The notes under the pieces: model-generated
Database searches by the model: none
What the model was told of the DNA's origin: nothing
The model's input: the letters and a program-made list of their open reading frames with translations, nothing else
Shown here: one piece after another, positions 1-9,074 of the stretch
Layout: each line of letters starts with the position of its first letter
Position numbering within the stretch: position 1 is the stretch's first letter
Assembly: GCA_963796285.1 (NCBI GenBank)
Contig: CAWCKW010000003.1
Span: forward strand, 224,001-288,000
Direction: 5' to 3'
DNA length: 64,000 bases
Origin: Nitrospirota bacterium
Lineage (GTDB): Bacteria; Nitrospirota; UBA9217
Position numbers and translations under genes: made by a program

Positions 1-361
1 GGCCCTGCGGCATCATCTTCTCGATCAGGAACCAGCGGATCGTCGCTCCGGGAACACGCGCCGCGATCATGTTTTTCATCGTTGTAATGGATGCTGACAG
101 ACCGGCGCTGTTCGTTATGTTCAGCATCACGGCACCGGCGTCGGTCTTGTGCAGGATGTCGGGAGAAACGGCCTTGAGCACCACGGGAAAGCCGAGCTTC
201 TCGCCCGCAGCCACGATGGCCTTCTGGTCAGCGGGATCGGCCAGCACAAACCTCGGGACGATAATGCCCACTGAGCGAGCAAGTTCCTTGGCCTCGTGTT
301 CGAAGAGCGCTTTTCGGCCTTCTTTTTGTGCTGCCTGTATGATCTCAGCAGGAGTATTCAT
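1..361 (-). CDS. Acetate/acyl-CoA ligase (ADP-forming) beta subunit, ATP-grasp; runs off the window edge
   Basis: Manual translation from ATG at 361: MNTPAEIIQAAQKEGRKALFEHEAKELARSVGI...GFPVVLKAVSPDILHKTDAGAVMLNI. This is the ATP-grasp signature of ACD beta subunits, directly downstream of the alpha subunit. Not in the ORF track. Confidence 0.88.
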   Translation of the reverse strand, partial: MNTPAEIIQAAQKEGRKALFEHEAKELARSVGIIVPRFVLADPADQKAIVAAGEKLGFPVVLKAVSPDILHKTDAGAVMLNITNSAGLSASITTMKNMIAARVPGATIRWFLIEKMMPQG

Positions 362-401
362 AAGTTCACTAAGGAATTAAATTCGTTTCAAAACGGCAAG
401 A

Positions 402-570
402 AATTTTCTCGCAAAGACGCCAAGCTCGCAAAGAAAGGCTATATCATTTGGTTTTAAAACCAGGCTTAAAGATTTCCTTTGCGTCCTTTGTTTATGGCCG
501 CGCTTTCGCAAGAGCAGGCTACGGCTTTGCGAGAGAAGCCTTTCTCCGTGTCTCCCCGTCTCCGTGTCAG
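402..570. repeat. REP/MITE-like palindromic intergenic element
   Basis: Arms tctcgcaaagacgccaagctcgcaaag ... ctttgcgtcctttg...ctttgcgaga, then ctccgtgtctccccgtctccgtgtc. Related arms recur at about 61370-61480. Confidence 0.6.
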
Positions 571-571
571 C

Positions 572-1939
572 TTACCCTTTGCACGTCGCCTTCATGAGCG
601 CCGCGAGCGCCCGTACGGCACGCTCAGGCGACGGATACACGGGGATGCCGAGTCGCAGGAGCGCGTGCGTTGCCTCCTGCGTGTAGCCCAATCCCTGCAG
701 GATACAACAGGTGACGGGTTTCTTCGCCTCATGGCAGGCGCGGGCGATCAGGCTGGTCGCGTCTTCGCTCACCGTGGTGGCACCCATCAGCACGATCACG
801 ACGGCCGCGTCGTAGTGCGGCAAAGCTTCTTTGAGCGCGGTGTAGTAATCCTCATTTTTCCCGCTGCCGGTGAGGTCAATCGGGTTCCGCGTTACAAAAA
901 AAGAAGGAAAGGTCTGGCCGAGCCGCTCCTGCACCTGCTCCGGCATAACGGGCATGGTGAACCCTTCCTGCTGAGCCTGATCAGAAGCCGCGACCGCCAT
1001 GCCGCCGCCGTTCGTCACGATCAGGAGGCGGTTCCCTGTGCAGGGATAATCCATGAGCGCAACGGCCTTTGACGCATCGATCATGTGGTCGAAGCCATAG
1101 GCCTCGACGGCGCCGGCCTGCCGGAAAGCGGCCTGGTACAGCCCGTACGTACCGGCGAGGGTAGCGGTATGCGATGCCACTGCGACCGCGCCGAGCTCGT
1201 GCTTCCCCGCTTTCCAGATGACCAGCGGTTTTTTAGCGGCGCAAGCCTTTGCCGCCAACAGGAATTTTCTGCCGTCGCCCACGGATTCCATGTACATGGC
1301 GACCGCGGTTGTCTGAGGATCGTCGGCGAAATACTCGAGCGCGTCCGCGTCGTCCACGTCCAGCCGGTTTCCGTAGTTCACGGCCTTGGCGATCCCCATG
1401 CCGTCCCGGGCAAGGGCTTCCATCAGGATGACGGTGATGGCGCCGCTCTGAGAGATGATCGAAAGATGTCCCGTCGCGGGCCGTGACACCCGCTCCCGGG
1501 ACACAAAGAAACTGTCGAGTCCATTGTCCGTGTTATACACGCCGAGGCAGTTCGGCCCGATGACCCGGATGCCATGCCTTTTCGTTTTTTCAGCGATACG
1601 CTTCTGCATGGCAATTCCCTCATCGCCTGCCTCTGCGAACCCGGAACTGATGATGATGATCCGGCGGATGCTTTTTTCATGAAGTGCATCGAGTTCCTGC
1701 TCAACGAGCCGGGCGGGCAGGGCGATAATGGCCAGGTCTATAGCGTCCGGTATTGCCGAGACGGAGGGGTAACAGTGGTGGCCGAGCAGCATCTCGTGCT
1801 TCGGGTTGACGGGATAGACCGCTCCTTTAAAATGAGCGAGGTTCTCGAGGATGGCCGTGCCGGGCTTGGTGGGCTTGTCCGTGGCGCCGATGAGCGCGAC
1901 GGTCCTGGGGTAAAAAAAATCGTGAAGATCGTGAGGCAT
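572..1939 (-). CDS. Acetate/acyl-CoA ligase (ADP-forming) alpha subunit, CoA-binding
   Basis: VALIGAT, YPVNPK, IGPNCLG, SQSGA, KAG..ASHTATLAG (phospho-His), TNGGG and NPIDL motifs. Confidence 0.92.
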   Translation of the reverse strand: MPHDLHDFFYPRTVALIGATDKPTKPGTAILENLAHFKGAVYPVNPKHEMLLGHHCYPSVSAIPDAIDLAIIALPARLVEQELDALHEKSIRRIIIISSGFAEAGDEGIAMQKRIAEKTKRHGIRVIGPNCLGVYNTDNGLDSFFVSRERVSRPATGHLSIISQSGAITVILMEALARDGMGIAKAVNYGNRLDVDDADALEYFADDPQTTAVAMYMESVGDGRKFLLAAKACAAKKPLVIWKAGKHELGAVAVASHTATLAGTYGLYQAAFRQAGAVEAYGFDHMIDASKAVALMDYPCTGNRLLIVTNGGGMAVAASDQAQQEGFTMPVMPEQVQERLGQTFPSFFVTRNPIDLTGSGKNEDYYTALKEALPHYDAAVVIVLMGATTVSEDATSLIARACHEAKKPVTCCILQGLGYTQEATHALLRLGIPVYPSPERAVRALAALMKATCKG

Positions 1940-2009
1940 GATTAATAAATAGCATACTATCAGGGCGTTTGTAAAGGTTATTTGAGTCTGTATTTAAATG
2001 TCCTTTTTT

Positions 2010-2079
2010 GTCATGCCGGACTTGATCCGGCATCCAGAAAATTTTGAAAAGACTGGATTCCAGCCTTCGCTGGAATGAC
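2010..2079. repeat. Short palindromic dispersed repeat (REP/RPE-like)
   Basis: gtcatgccggacttgatccggcatccag...ctggattccagccttcgctggaatgac forms nested hairpins typical of a widespread REP-like family. Confidence 0.7.
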
Positions 2080-2172
2080 GGACGCTTGTGAATTTTCAAA
2101 TTAAAATATAGAGAGGGAAAGGCATCCGGGCGGTCAATGGAACCGAATGACCCCGGTGCAGAGAAAGACTGG

Positions 2173-2433
2173 TCATATCTTCATCGTGCGCAAAAGTTCC
2201 TCATACTGTTGCCTTCTTGTTTCCCATTCCTGTAATGATTTGTAACTGTCCGCCCAGGCATTGAATTCCTTGCTCTTCCCCAGCGCGCCTGAATTGTACT
2301 GTTCGATGAATAACTCCGTCTCAAGACCATATTTCGTGTTCATGGATGCAAGAAATCGCGTTGCCTTCCGAATAGTTGATTCGCAAACCTTCAGCTCCCG
2401 GGCAAGGGAGATCTCATATTCGTCGGTGTGCAT
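2173..2433 (-). CDS. Small helical protein, possibly an orphan antitoxin (TumA-like)
   Basis: 86 aa; KYGLETELFIEQYNSGALGKSKEFNAW resembles the kYgm.s.eF...G.lg...df.eW pattern of small antitoxin-like proteins; GGAGAGG-like RBS upstream. Confidence 0.5.
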   Translation of the reverse strand: MHTDEYEISLARELKVCESTIRKATRFLASMNTKYGLETELFIEQYNSGALGKSKEFNAWADSYKSLQEWETRRQQYEELLRTMKI

Positions 2434-2478
2434 TGTCCGGCCTCTCCATGCGTTCGATAGGGTTCACGCAGCTTTGCA

Positions 2479-2510
2479 GAAAAGGCCCCGCACGGAGTTC
2501 CGTGCGGGGC
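2479..2510 (-). terminator. Intrinsic terminator after the transporter and small-protein operon
   Basis: 11-bp stem gccccgcacgg/ccgtgcggggc with a 4-nt loop, followed by CTTTT on the minus strand. Confidence 0.7.
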
Positions 2511-2531
2511 TCCCGGTGTCAGCCAGAGAGC

Positions 2532-2693
2532 TTAGTGGCCGGCCGGGAAGAAGGTATAGCTTACCCAGACAAGAATTCCGAGCAGGGCCACACCGAGACC
2601 GATGCTCCACCCGATAAGTTTCTTTTCCACGGGAAGCAGCGGCTCCCATTCCATCTTTTTCAATTCTTCTGACAACTTTGGTTGCTCTGCCAT
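2532..2693 (-). CDS. 53-aa single-TM membrane protein, probable transporter accessory subunit
   Basis: MAEQPKLSEELKKMEWEPLLPVEKKLIGWSIGLGVALLGILVWVSYTFFPAGH*; AGGGG RBS; starts 20 nt after the transporter stop; below the ORF-track cutoff. Confidence 0.8.
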   Translation of the reverse strand: MAEQPKLSEELKKMEWEPLLPVEKKLIGWSIGLGVALLGILVWVSYTFFPAGH

Positions 2694-2712
2694 AGTTATC
2701 CCCTTTCCCTAT

Positions 2713-4347
2713 CTAACCTGCCAACGGCGGTTTTACGCCGTGGAAGAAGATCCATGAGATGATCAAGCCGACCCAGATGATGAACCCGAAAAGCGAGATC
2801 ACGTAGACCGCCGCGAGCTTGCCGATGCCCTCTTCCCAGAGCTTCTTGAAGTTGGACACCAGGCCGATCGTGAAGAAGGTCATGGTGAAGAAGATCCCCC
2901 TGAAGATATTGGCCCCCCCGGTAGAAGCTTTCGCGGCTGCCATGGTCCCTTTCGGGCCTTTCAGCTGATCGGTGAGGCCAGCAAGCTGTGACTTGTCCTT
3001 GGCGATCTGGTCGGTCAGAGAGGCAATGGCCGCCTTGTCTTGTTTCTTTGCAGCCGCAAGGGCGGCCATTTGCGTTTCTTCAACCGCAACCTGTTTCGTG
3101 AGAGGACCAATCTGGTCTCCCAGGGCGGTCACGCTCTTAGATGCCGGGATGCAGATCCAGAGGATTATAGCGAAGGTCACCACATACCCAATGACGAACT
3201 TCGGGAACCGGTCCCAGATCTGGCCCGGCCTGATCTTCTCACCGGGCTTGCATTCAATGACCGAGCACCAGATGATGGCCAGGATGAAAGCCCACACGCC
3301 GATAAAGACATCGATAAATACCTTCACCGTCGCGGCGGCGCCCATGATCCAGCCTTCTTTATAATTCACCCCATCGACCGCCAGCGCCTTCGCGCGGATG
3401 AGCGAGTCGGCCACGGCCCCGGCGGCCACGGCAGCGCCGTCGGTCTTGACAGCCAGGCCCATCCATGCGCCGGCCACCATGGGTTCTTTATAGAGGAAGG
3501 TCTCGGCGACAAACGGCAGGACGACGAGTTCGACCACGGCGAAGATCACGACGAGAGAGGACACCATAATGGGGATCATCGGCCGGGCCTTTATCGCGCC
3601 GCCCGTCGCAATGGCCGCGGAAACGCCGCAGATGGAGATGCCGGAGGCAAGTGGCGCGGCCCATTCCCTGCTGAACTTGAAGTATTTCCGCGCGATGAAG
3701 TAAACGACAGCCCAGTAGATGAGGTAGGCCTCGACAATGGCGCAGAGGCCGCGGAACATGACCGCCGAGGCGAGGCCGAGCTTTTCAGCCGCCGTTACGC
3801 CGAGGAACCCGCCGAGGATCACGATGGCGGTCTTGATGTACCACTCCGGCCGCACCGCTTCGTTGATCGCCGCGGCAAAGGAAGGAAAGAAATTGCCGAA
3901 GATCAATCCAACGGCCAGGGCTATGATAAATCCGGCTTCGGGGGTCAATTTCAATGACCACGTGATCCCGAACTTCTGCAGGTCCGGCGCCGTGGTCACC
4001 GCGATGTGCGCCCAGCTCCCTATGATCCAGCAGATATAACTGATCCAGAATACGACGGTAAAACTGACGATGAACTTCTTGATGTCCGCCTTGAGCGCCA
4101 AGGCGCCGACGGTCATGATGGCCAGGAGAACAACGTAGGTGGCGAGAAGTGAGCCGACTCCCCCGAGGCCGGCATAGGCCGCGGACATGGGTTTCAATGC
4201 CTTTGACAGGTCCGTCCATACGCCGGTGGTCACTCCCCATCCGAGGACGTCCATGCCTGCGAAGGTCCCCAGAGAGAGGATAAAGATGAACAAGCCGATC
4301 CATACAGCCAGCCAGTCTTCACTAATACCTATTTTTTTTTCTTCCAT
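2713..4347 (-). CDS. Putative sulfate exporter family (YeiH/PSE) transporter
   Basis: Multi-TM protein with ASGISICGVSAAIATGGAI and GAWMGLAVKTDGAAVAAG motifs; coiled-coil insertion near the C-terminus. Confidence 0.85.
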   Translation of the reverse strand: MEEKKIGISEDWLAVWIGLFIFILSLGTFAGMDVLGWGVTTGVWTDLSKALKPMSAAYAGLGGVGSLLATYVVLLAIMTVGALALKADIKKFIVSFTVVFWISYICWIIGSWAHIAVTTAPDLQKFGITWSLKLTPEAGFIIALAVGLIFGNFFPSFAAAINEAVRPEWYIKTAIVILGGFLGVTAAEKLGLASAVMFRGLCAIVEAYLIYWAVVYFIARKYFKFSREWAAPLASGISICGVSAAIATGGAIKARPMIPIMVSSLVVIFAVVELVVLPFVAETFLYKEPMVAGAWMGLAVKTDGAAVAAGAVADSLIRAKALAVDGVNYKEGWIMGAAATVKVFIDVFIGVWAFILAIIWCSVIECKPGEKIRPGQIWDRFPKFVIGYVVTFAIILWICIPASKSVTALGDQIGPLTKQVAVEETQMAALAAAKKQDKAAIASLTDQIAKDKSQLAGLTDQLKGPKGTMAAAKASTGGANIFRGIFFTMTFFTIGLVSNFKKLWEEGIGKLAAVYVISLFGFIIWVGLIISWIFFHGVKPPLAG

Positions 4348-4587
4348 ACAGCCGAGTCCCCCTTTCCCAAATTGGTTTCAAACATGTTTCCTTACATGCC
4401 GAAAAACACTTCAGGGTCATGGCGGATTCGCCCCATCGCATCACCTCCCCGGAATGAGAATGCATGGAACCGTACGGACAGCCTGCATATTATACTATAG
4501 GTTTTCCGGAATGGGGAAAGATTTAAAACGGGAATGGTTATGATTATCGTCATATCATTTTTGCGGATTACCGGGTAGTATTGACCA

Positions 4588-5598
4588 ATGAACGCTGAGA
4601 GAACATACCTGCGCATCCTGCGGTATTCGGTACAGGCGGCTTTTTTTCTGCTTACGCTGTTTGTCGGCTACCGGTTTTATCAGTTCGTCCAGCATTTCGA
4701 AGCAGCCGGCCGGCCCTTTGTCCAGAGACCGCCGTCCGTTGACGCTTTCCTGCCCATCGGCGGGCTCATGGCCTTCAAGTACTTCATCCTGACCGGCATT
4801 GTCGAACCGGTGCACCCCTCCGGCTTCATCATGTTCGTGGCGATCCTCGGCGTCTCCCTGGTCGTGAAAAAGGGCTTCTGCGGCTGGATCTGCCCTGTCG
4901 GCACGCTGTCGCAGTATATCTGGATGGCAGGCGAGAAGGTATTCGGCAGGAACTTCCGCGTCGGCCCCTTTACGGACATCTCGCTCCGCTCGATCAAGTA
5001 CCTGCTCCTCGGGCTCTTCGTGTTCCTGATCGGGATCGCCATGCCTCCGAACATGATGGCCCTGTTCTTTATCGCCGACTATTACAAGATCGTGGACGTG
5101 CGGATGATGAAGTTCTTCACCGAGATGACCACGCTTACGATGTGGGTCCTCATCGCACTCGGCGTACTTTCCCTGTTGTACAAGAACTTCTGGTGCCGCT
5201 ATCTCTGCCCCTACGGCGCGCTCCTCGGATTGCTCAGCCGCTTCAGCCCCTTCAAAGTCCGGCGGAACGAAGAGAAGTGCATCCACTGCCACGCCTGTAC
5301 GCGGCACTGCCCCACGCTGATCGATGTTGAGAAAAAAGAGGTAGTGAAGTCCGAGGAGTGTTTCGGATGCCTGACCTGCGTGAGCCGCTGTCCCGCGGAG
5401 GGCGCGCTCGAACTCACCGCAAGCGCCGGGAAAAAGGTCGGCGTAGTAAAGCCCTGGCTGTTCCCCATTCTCCTGATCGCGCTTTTTTATCTCGTGATCG
5501 GCATCGGTGTTGCCACTGACAAGTGGCATTCGAAGATCCCCAACGAGGATTACCAGCAGCTTATTCCGGAAGTGCAGAAGGACTATATGAAGCGGTGA
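4588..5598 (+). CDS. Membrane 4Fe-4S binding protein (NapH/YccM-type)
   Basis: FCGWICPVG, WCRYLCPYG, CIHCHACTRHCP and CFGCLTCVSRCP motifs plus TM helices. Confidence 0.88.
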   Translation: MNAERTYLRILRYSVQAAFFLLTLFVGYRFYQFVQHFEAAGRPFVQRPPSVDAFLPIGGLMAFKYFILTGIVEPVHPSGFIMFVAILGVSLVVKKGFCGWICPVGTLSQYIWMAGEKVFGRNFRVGPFTDISLRSIKYLLLGLFVFLIGIAMPPNMMALFFIADYYKIVDVRMMKFFTEMTTLTMWVLIALGVLSLLYKNFWCRYLCPYGALLGLLSRFSPFKVRRNEEKCIHCHACTRHCPTLIDVEKKEVVKSEECFGCLTCVSRCPAEGALELTASAGKKVGVVKPWLFPILLIALFYLVIGIGVATDKWHSKIPNEDYQQLIPEVQKDYMKR

Positions 5599-5602
5599 TT
5601 CA

Positions 5603-5765
5603 TTTCACCACGGAGACACGGAGTCACGGAGAGTTCAAATTTCAGAGGAATAATAAAACCAAACGCTGCATGATCAAAGACGAATAAACGCTCGTCTTGT
5701 CTTCTTTCGCTCGTCGCTATCTTCCGGAACGATTTTCTCAGTGTCTCCGTGTCTCCGTGGTAAAT
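5603..5765. repeat. MITE/REP-like element with long terminal inverted arms between convergent genes
   Basis: tttcaccacggagacacggagtcacggaga ... tctcagtgtctccgtgtctccgtggtaaa. Confidence 0.72.
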
Positions 5766-5780
5766 TACTTTTATTATTTT

Positions 5781-6563
5781 CTACCCCAGGTCTCCCGCCG
5801 CGAAGGTGATCTCATCGCGGAACGCCTTGATCAGATAGACCACCTTCATGAGCTCACCATCGTTCATATCCACCATGGCCGCGCTCAACCCCGCTCCCGC
5901 AAGGTAGGAGAGGTAAGCAGAGGCCACGGTGGATCTCACGTTCTTCGGCAGGCCCGTTGTCACGTTCGAGATCCAGACCACCGTATTGAGAGGCGGGTCG
6001 ACCATTTCGTTCAGGACCACGATACTCTCGTGCGTGTTGAGCAGATGCTCTTGACCATTGCCCCTGGCGATGTGCACCACCGACGGATCGGCGAAGATCC
6101 GCTCGTTCGGGATGTCGGCCGCATTTGCCTTCTCGATCAGGTCCTCGATGATCATGAGCTTCGCCTCGAGCGTGGCCGGCACGGTGCCCTTGAGCGCCCT
6201 GATGACAAGGTTCGATCTGGTCTCTCGGACCAGGGCAAGGAGTTCAGCGGCGTCTGTTTCGTCCGCTGAAAGATAATTGATGATCGGTGGTTCCGTGCAG
6301 AGCGATACGGTCTTCTTGAGCGCCTTCACATTCCGGGAGTCGAGGCAGAGGGGCAGGCCTGAACCCTTTTGAACGGCCTCGGACGCCATCGCAAGGAGGG
6401 CCTCGTCGTCGGCGCCGTCGCGTGACACCTGCACGTTGATCATATCCGCGCCTTTGGCCGCCAGGTCCTTTGCCATGGCAGCGATCGCCTTCGCGTCCTT
6501 CTTCTTGAGCGCATCCCCATACGCTTTGTTCCTTACATTGAGATTGTCCGCGATTACGAGCAT
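5781..6563 (-). CDS. Pterin-binding TIM barrel, methyltetrahydrofolate:corrinoid methyltransferase (AcsE)-like
   Basis: MLVIADNLN, GADMINV, LPLCLDS, IINY, IFADP and ISNVTTGLP match the AcsE/MetH pterin-binding domain pattern. Confidence 0.8.
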   Translation of the reverse strand: MLVIADNLNVRNKAYGDALKKKDAKAIAAMAKDLAAKGADMINVQVSRDGADDEALLAMASEAVQKGSGLPLCLDSRNVKALKKTVSLCTEPPIINYLSADETDAAELLALVRETRSNLVIRALKGTVPATLEAKLMIIEDLIEKANAADIPNERIFADPSVVHIARGNGQEHLLNTHESIVVLNEMVDPPLNTVVWISNVTTGLPKNVRSTVASAYLSYLAGAGLSAAMVDMNDGELMKVVYLIKAFRDEITFAAGDLG

Positions 6564-6644
6564 GTGTTCCTCCTTGGCATTATGGTGTCAGTCGTAAATT
6601 CTCAGTGGTTTGATTAATGGTGATGATTTCAATAAACCGATTGT

Positions 6645-6745
6645 ACCGCAGCATCACGGAGGGCACGGAGGCGAAAAAAATTAGGCGTATTATACGTTCT
6701 TAAGAGAGTCCCGCCAGAGACTCTGTGTCACCGTGCCTCCATGGC
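6645..6745. repeat. Degenerate copy of the cacggag/ctccgtg palindromic element
   Basis: accgcagcatcacggagggcacggag ... ctctgtgtcaccgtgcctccatgg. Confidence 0.55.
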
Positions 6746-6933
6746 TGAAATTGACTGTTTCGAATGCTTCTTTTTTAGTATAGCATAAATTCCTACAACT
6801 CACGCCAACGAAGAAGGATGCATATTATTTGCTCGGAGTTCAAATGTTCGTTGCCGCGGCCAGGACCTTTTTATACATGGATAAAAGAGTGCACCGGAAA
6901 TCCCGAAAAGCAAATGAGCGGCTCACTCAAAAC

Positions 6934-6961
6934 TTGACAAAATCCTGATGTCGATTATAGT
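6934..6961 (+). promoter_or_regulatory. Sigma70-type promoter, probably giving a leaderless mRNA
   Basis: TTGACA-16 nt-TATAGT ending 6 nt before ATG 6968; no SD. Confidence 0.6.
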
Positions 6962-6967
6962 TATCGT

Positions 6968-7822
6968 ATGCAAAGAGAGAAATTAAGCCTTCACCATAAA
7001 GACCTCCTCTATCCAAGGCTCCGTACGATCGCGGTCCCCCTCTCCGAATACACCTTTGCCAACCTGTATCTGTTCCGCGGAATACATGATTATGAGGTGA
7101 TCATCGACAAGGAGATCTTTGTCAAGGGAACGACCTATGACGGCCATTCCTATCTTATGCCGACCACGGATGTTCGTTCGCTCGAGAGCGGCTATCTCAA
7201 GGACATGATGCGCGGTGTCGATTTTCTCTTCCCCGTGCCCGAGGAGTGGCTGTCCCGTTTTAGTACTGACGAGTTCGAGATCACCTTTGCTGAAGGTGAC
7301 GCGGACTATATGTATACCGTGGAAAAAATGAGCACCCTGACAGGAAGGCACCTGCACAAAAAGAGAAATCTGCTGAAACAGTTCCTGGAGAGGTACAGGC
7401 ACGAGGCCCTGCCCCTGACCAACGACCGGCTGGACCAGGCGCGGACCATCCTGGCGGACTGGCTTGCAACCACGGAGATGCAGGCCGATGACACCGACTT
7501 CGGTCCCTGCCTGGAGGCCCTCGACCGGTACGAGGAGCTCGTCCTCTGCGGCGGGATCTATTACGCCGACGACGAGCCCGCGGGATTCGTGCTCGGTGAA
7601 GAACTGAACGAAGCGACCTTTGTGCTGCACTTTGCCAAGGCCAGGACGAAATTCAAAGGTGTCTACCAGTACATGTTCAACAACTTCGCGAAGATCCTGC
7701 CGCCAAAGTACAAATACCTGAACCTCGAGCAGGACCTTGACAAGGAAAATTTGCGGGTCTTTAAATCATCCTATATCCCCGATGTGATGCTCAAAAAGGC
7801 CCGGGTGAGGTTGAGGGCCTGA
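6968..7822 (+). CDS. DUF2156 / phosphatidylglycerol lysyltransferase C-terminal-like GNAT-fold protein
   Basis: SEYTFANLYLF, DYMY..L.G..LHKKRN, HFAKA...KGVYQ and LNLEQDL...LR..K.SY.P motifs. Confidence 0.82.
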   Translation: MQREKLSLHHKDLLYPRLRTIAVPLSEYTFANLYLFRGIHDYEVIIDKEIFVKGTTYDGHSYLMPTTDVRSLESGYLKDMMRGVDFLFPVPEEWLSRFSTDEFEITFAEGDADYMYTVEKMSTLTGRHLHKKRNLLKQFLERYRHEALPLTNDRLDQARTILADWLATTEMQADDTDFGPCLEALDRYEELVLCGGIYYADDEPAGFVLGEELNEATFVLHFAKARTKFKGVYQYMFNNFAKILPPKYKYLNLEQDLDKENLRVFKSSYIPDVMLKKARVRLRA

Positions 7823-7901
7823 AGAAGTAAACAACGCAACGTGACAGAGGGCTCGCGTCTGCGACTTAAGAGCTACGGATCCATTGCATGAATGAGCCTG
7901 A

Positions 7902-7937
7902 AACTAAGAACTAAGAAAAAACTAATAACTAAAAACT
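7902..7937. repeat. Short heptamer-like tandem repeat
   Basis: aactaag aactaag aaaa aactaat aactaaa aact. Confidence 0.4.
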
Positions 7938-8108
7938 GCTTTTCTATGTCTCCCTGTGCATGAGCCTGGGGAAAATCACCACCTACTATTGCAATTTCAC
8001 CAGATAGAAATCATTGGCTACTCGTTGTTGGAAAGAAGAAGCGATGGTTGCAAGATTTAATCGGTGAGAAATTAGCAAGTTAGGTTTTATGCAGCGATGA
8101 TATGATAG

Positions 8109-8124
8109 TGGTATAGTTATTGCA
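8109..8124 (+). promoter_or_regulatory. Sigma54 (-24/-12) promoter
   Basis: TGGTATAGTTATTGCA with exact GG-N10-GC spacing, about 70 nt upstream of ATG 8193. Confidence 0.7.
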
Positions 8125-8192
8125 ACATATTGTTAAAGTTGCTCTGTACTCAGTACTCATCCATAACGCGGAAACGCCGGGAGCCCTGGTTA

Positions 8193-8975
8193 ATGAAAAG
8201 AATCTTGATCGTTGATGATGAAAATTTGATCCGGTACTCCCTTTCCGCTTCGCTCAAGCAGGACGATACCTATGTCAAGGCTGTTGCATGCGGTAAAGAC
8301 GCGATCGACGAGATAGACCATATCTTTTACAATCTGTGTTTTCTCGACGTTAACCTCCCTGACATAAATGGCCTGGAGATCATGAAGTACATCAAAAAAT
8401 CTTCGCCGGCCACAAAGATCATTATTATGACGGGGGGCGTGGTTGATGAGCCGGAAATGCTGCAATCCATTCAGGCGAATGCGAACCTGCTCCTTCCCAA
8501 ACCCTTTGATCTGGACCGCATCAAGCTGTTCGTGGATCGAATCCTCGGTCGGGGAATGTCCATACGCCGGTCGGAAGAGCAGTCCTACAGCGGACGCGAA
8601 CACGAACCATTCGAAAACTGGCTAAGGGAAGACAAGAGACAGTACGAGAGAAAGGCAGTCGAACAATGTACCACCTGTTCCGTGATCGTCGCAGAGAGAG
8701 AACAGGAAAATAAGAAGATAACCGCCAGCGTGCTCGATGTCAGCGACGCCGGGATGCGCATCCGTACTGATTTCGGGCTCAAGCCCGGACACCTCCTCAA
8801 GCTCAACAATAGCCCTGCCTTGTCTACAGCGGTTGTGCGTTGGAGCAAGAGCGCGAAAGACGAAAACGCCTACCACGCAGGGATCCAGTTCGTCATGCCG
8901 GAGAATCCATCCAACAGCTCCTTTTTACAGGTGCACGACAGCTCCCCTTTACAGAAGCAGGCTGAGGGAGACTAG
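8193..8975 (+). CDS. Response regulator receiver + PilZ domain protein
   Basis: ILIVDDE...FLDVNLP...MTG...KPF receiver; C-terminal KRQYER (RxxxR) and DVSDAG (DxSxxG) PilZ motifs. Confidence 0.85.
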   Translation: MKRILIVDDENLIRYSLSASLKQDDTYVKAVACGKDAIDEIDHIFYNLCFLDVNLPDINGLEIMKYIKKSSPATKIIIMTGGVVDEPEMLQSIQANANLLLPKPFDLDRIKLFVDRILGRGMSIRRSEEQSYSGREHEPFENWLREDKRQYERKAVEQCTTCSVIVAEREQENKKITASVLDVSDAGMRIRTDFGLKPGHLLKLNNSPALSTAVVRWSKSAKDENAYHAGIQFVMPENPSNSSFLQVHDSSPLQKQAEGD

Positions 8976-9074
8976 TTGTAACCGTTCATAATCAACAAAA
9001 CGGGTAAAAACGCATTGCGCAATTACAACCCTGCTGTTATGTTTTTTCTTCCCATCCTGAGTAACCACGATATG

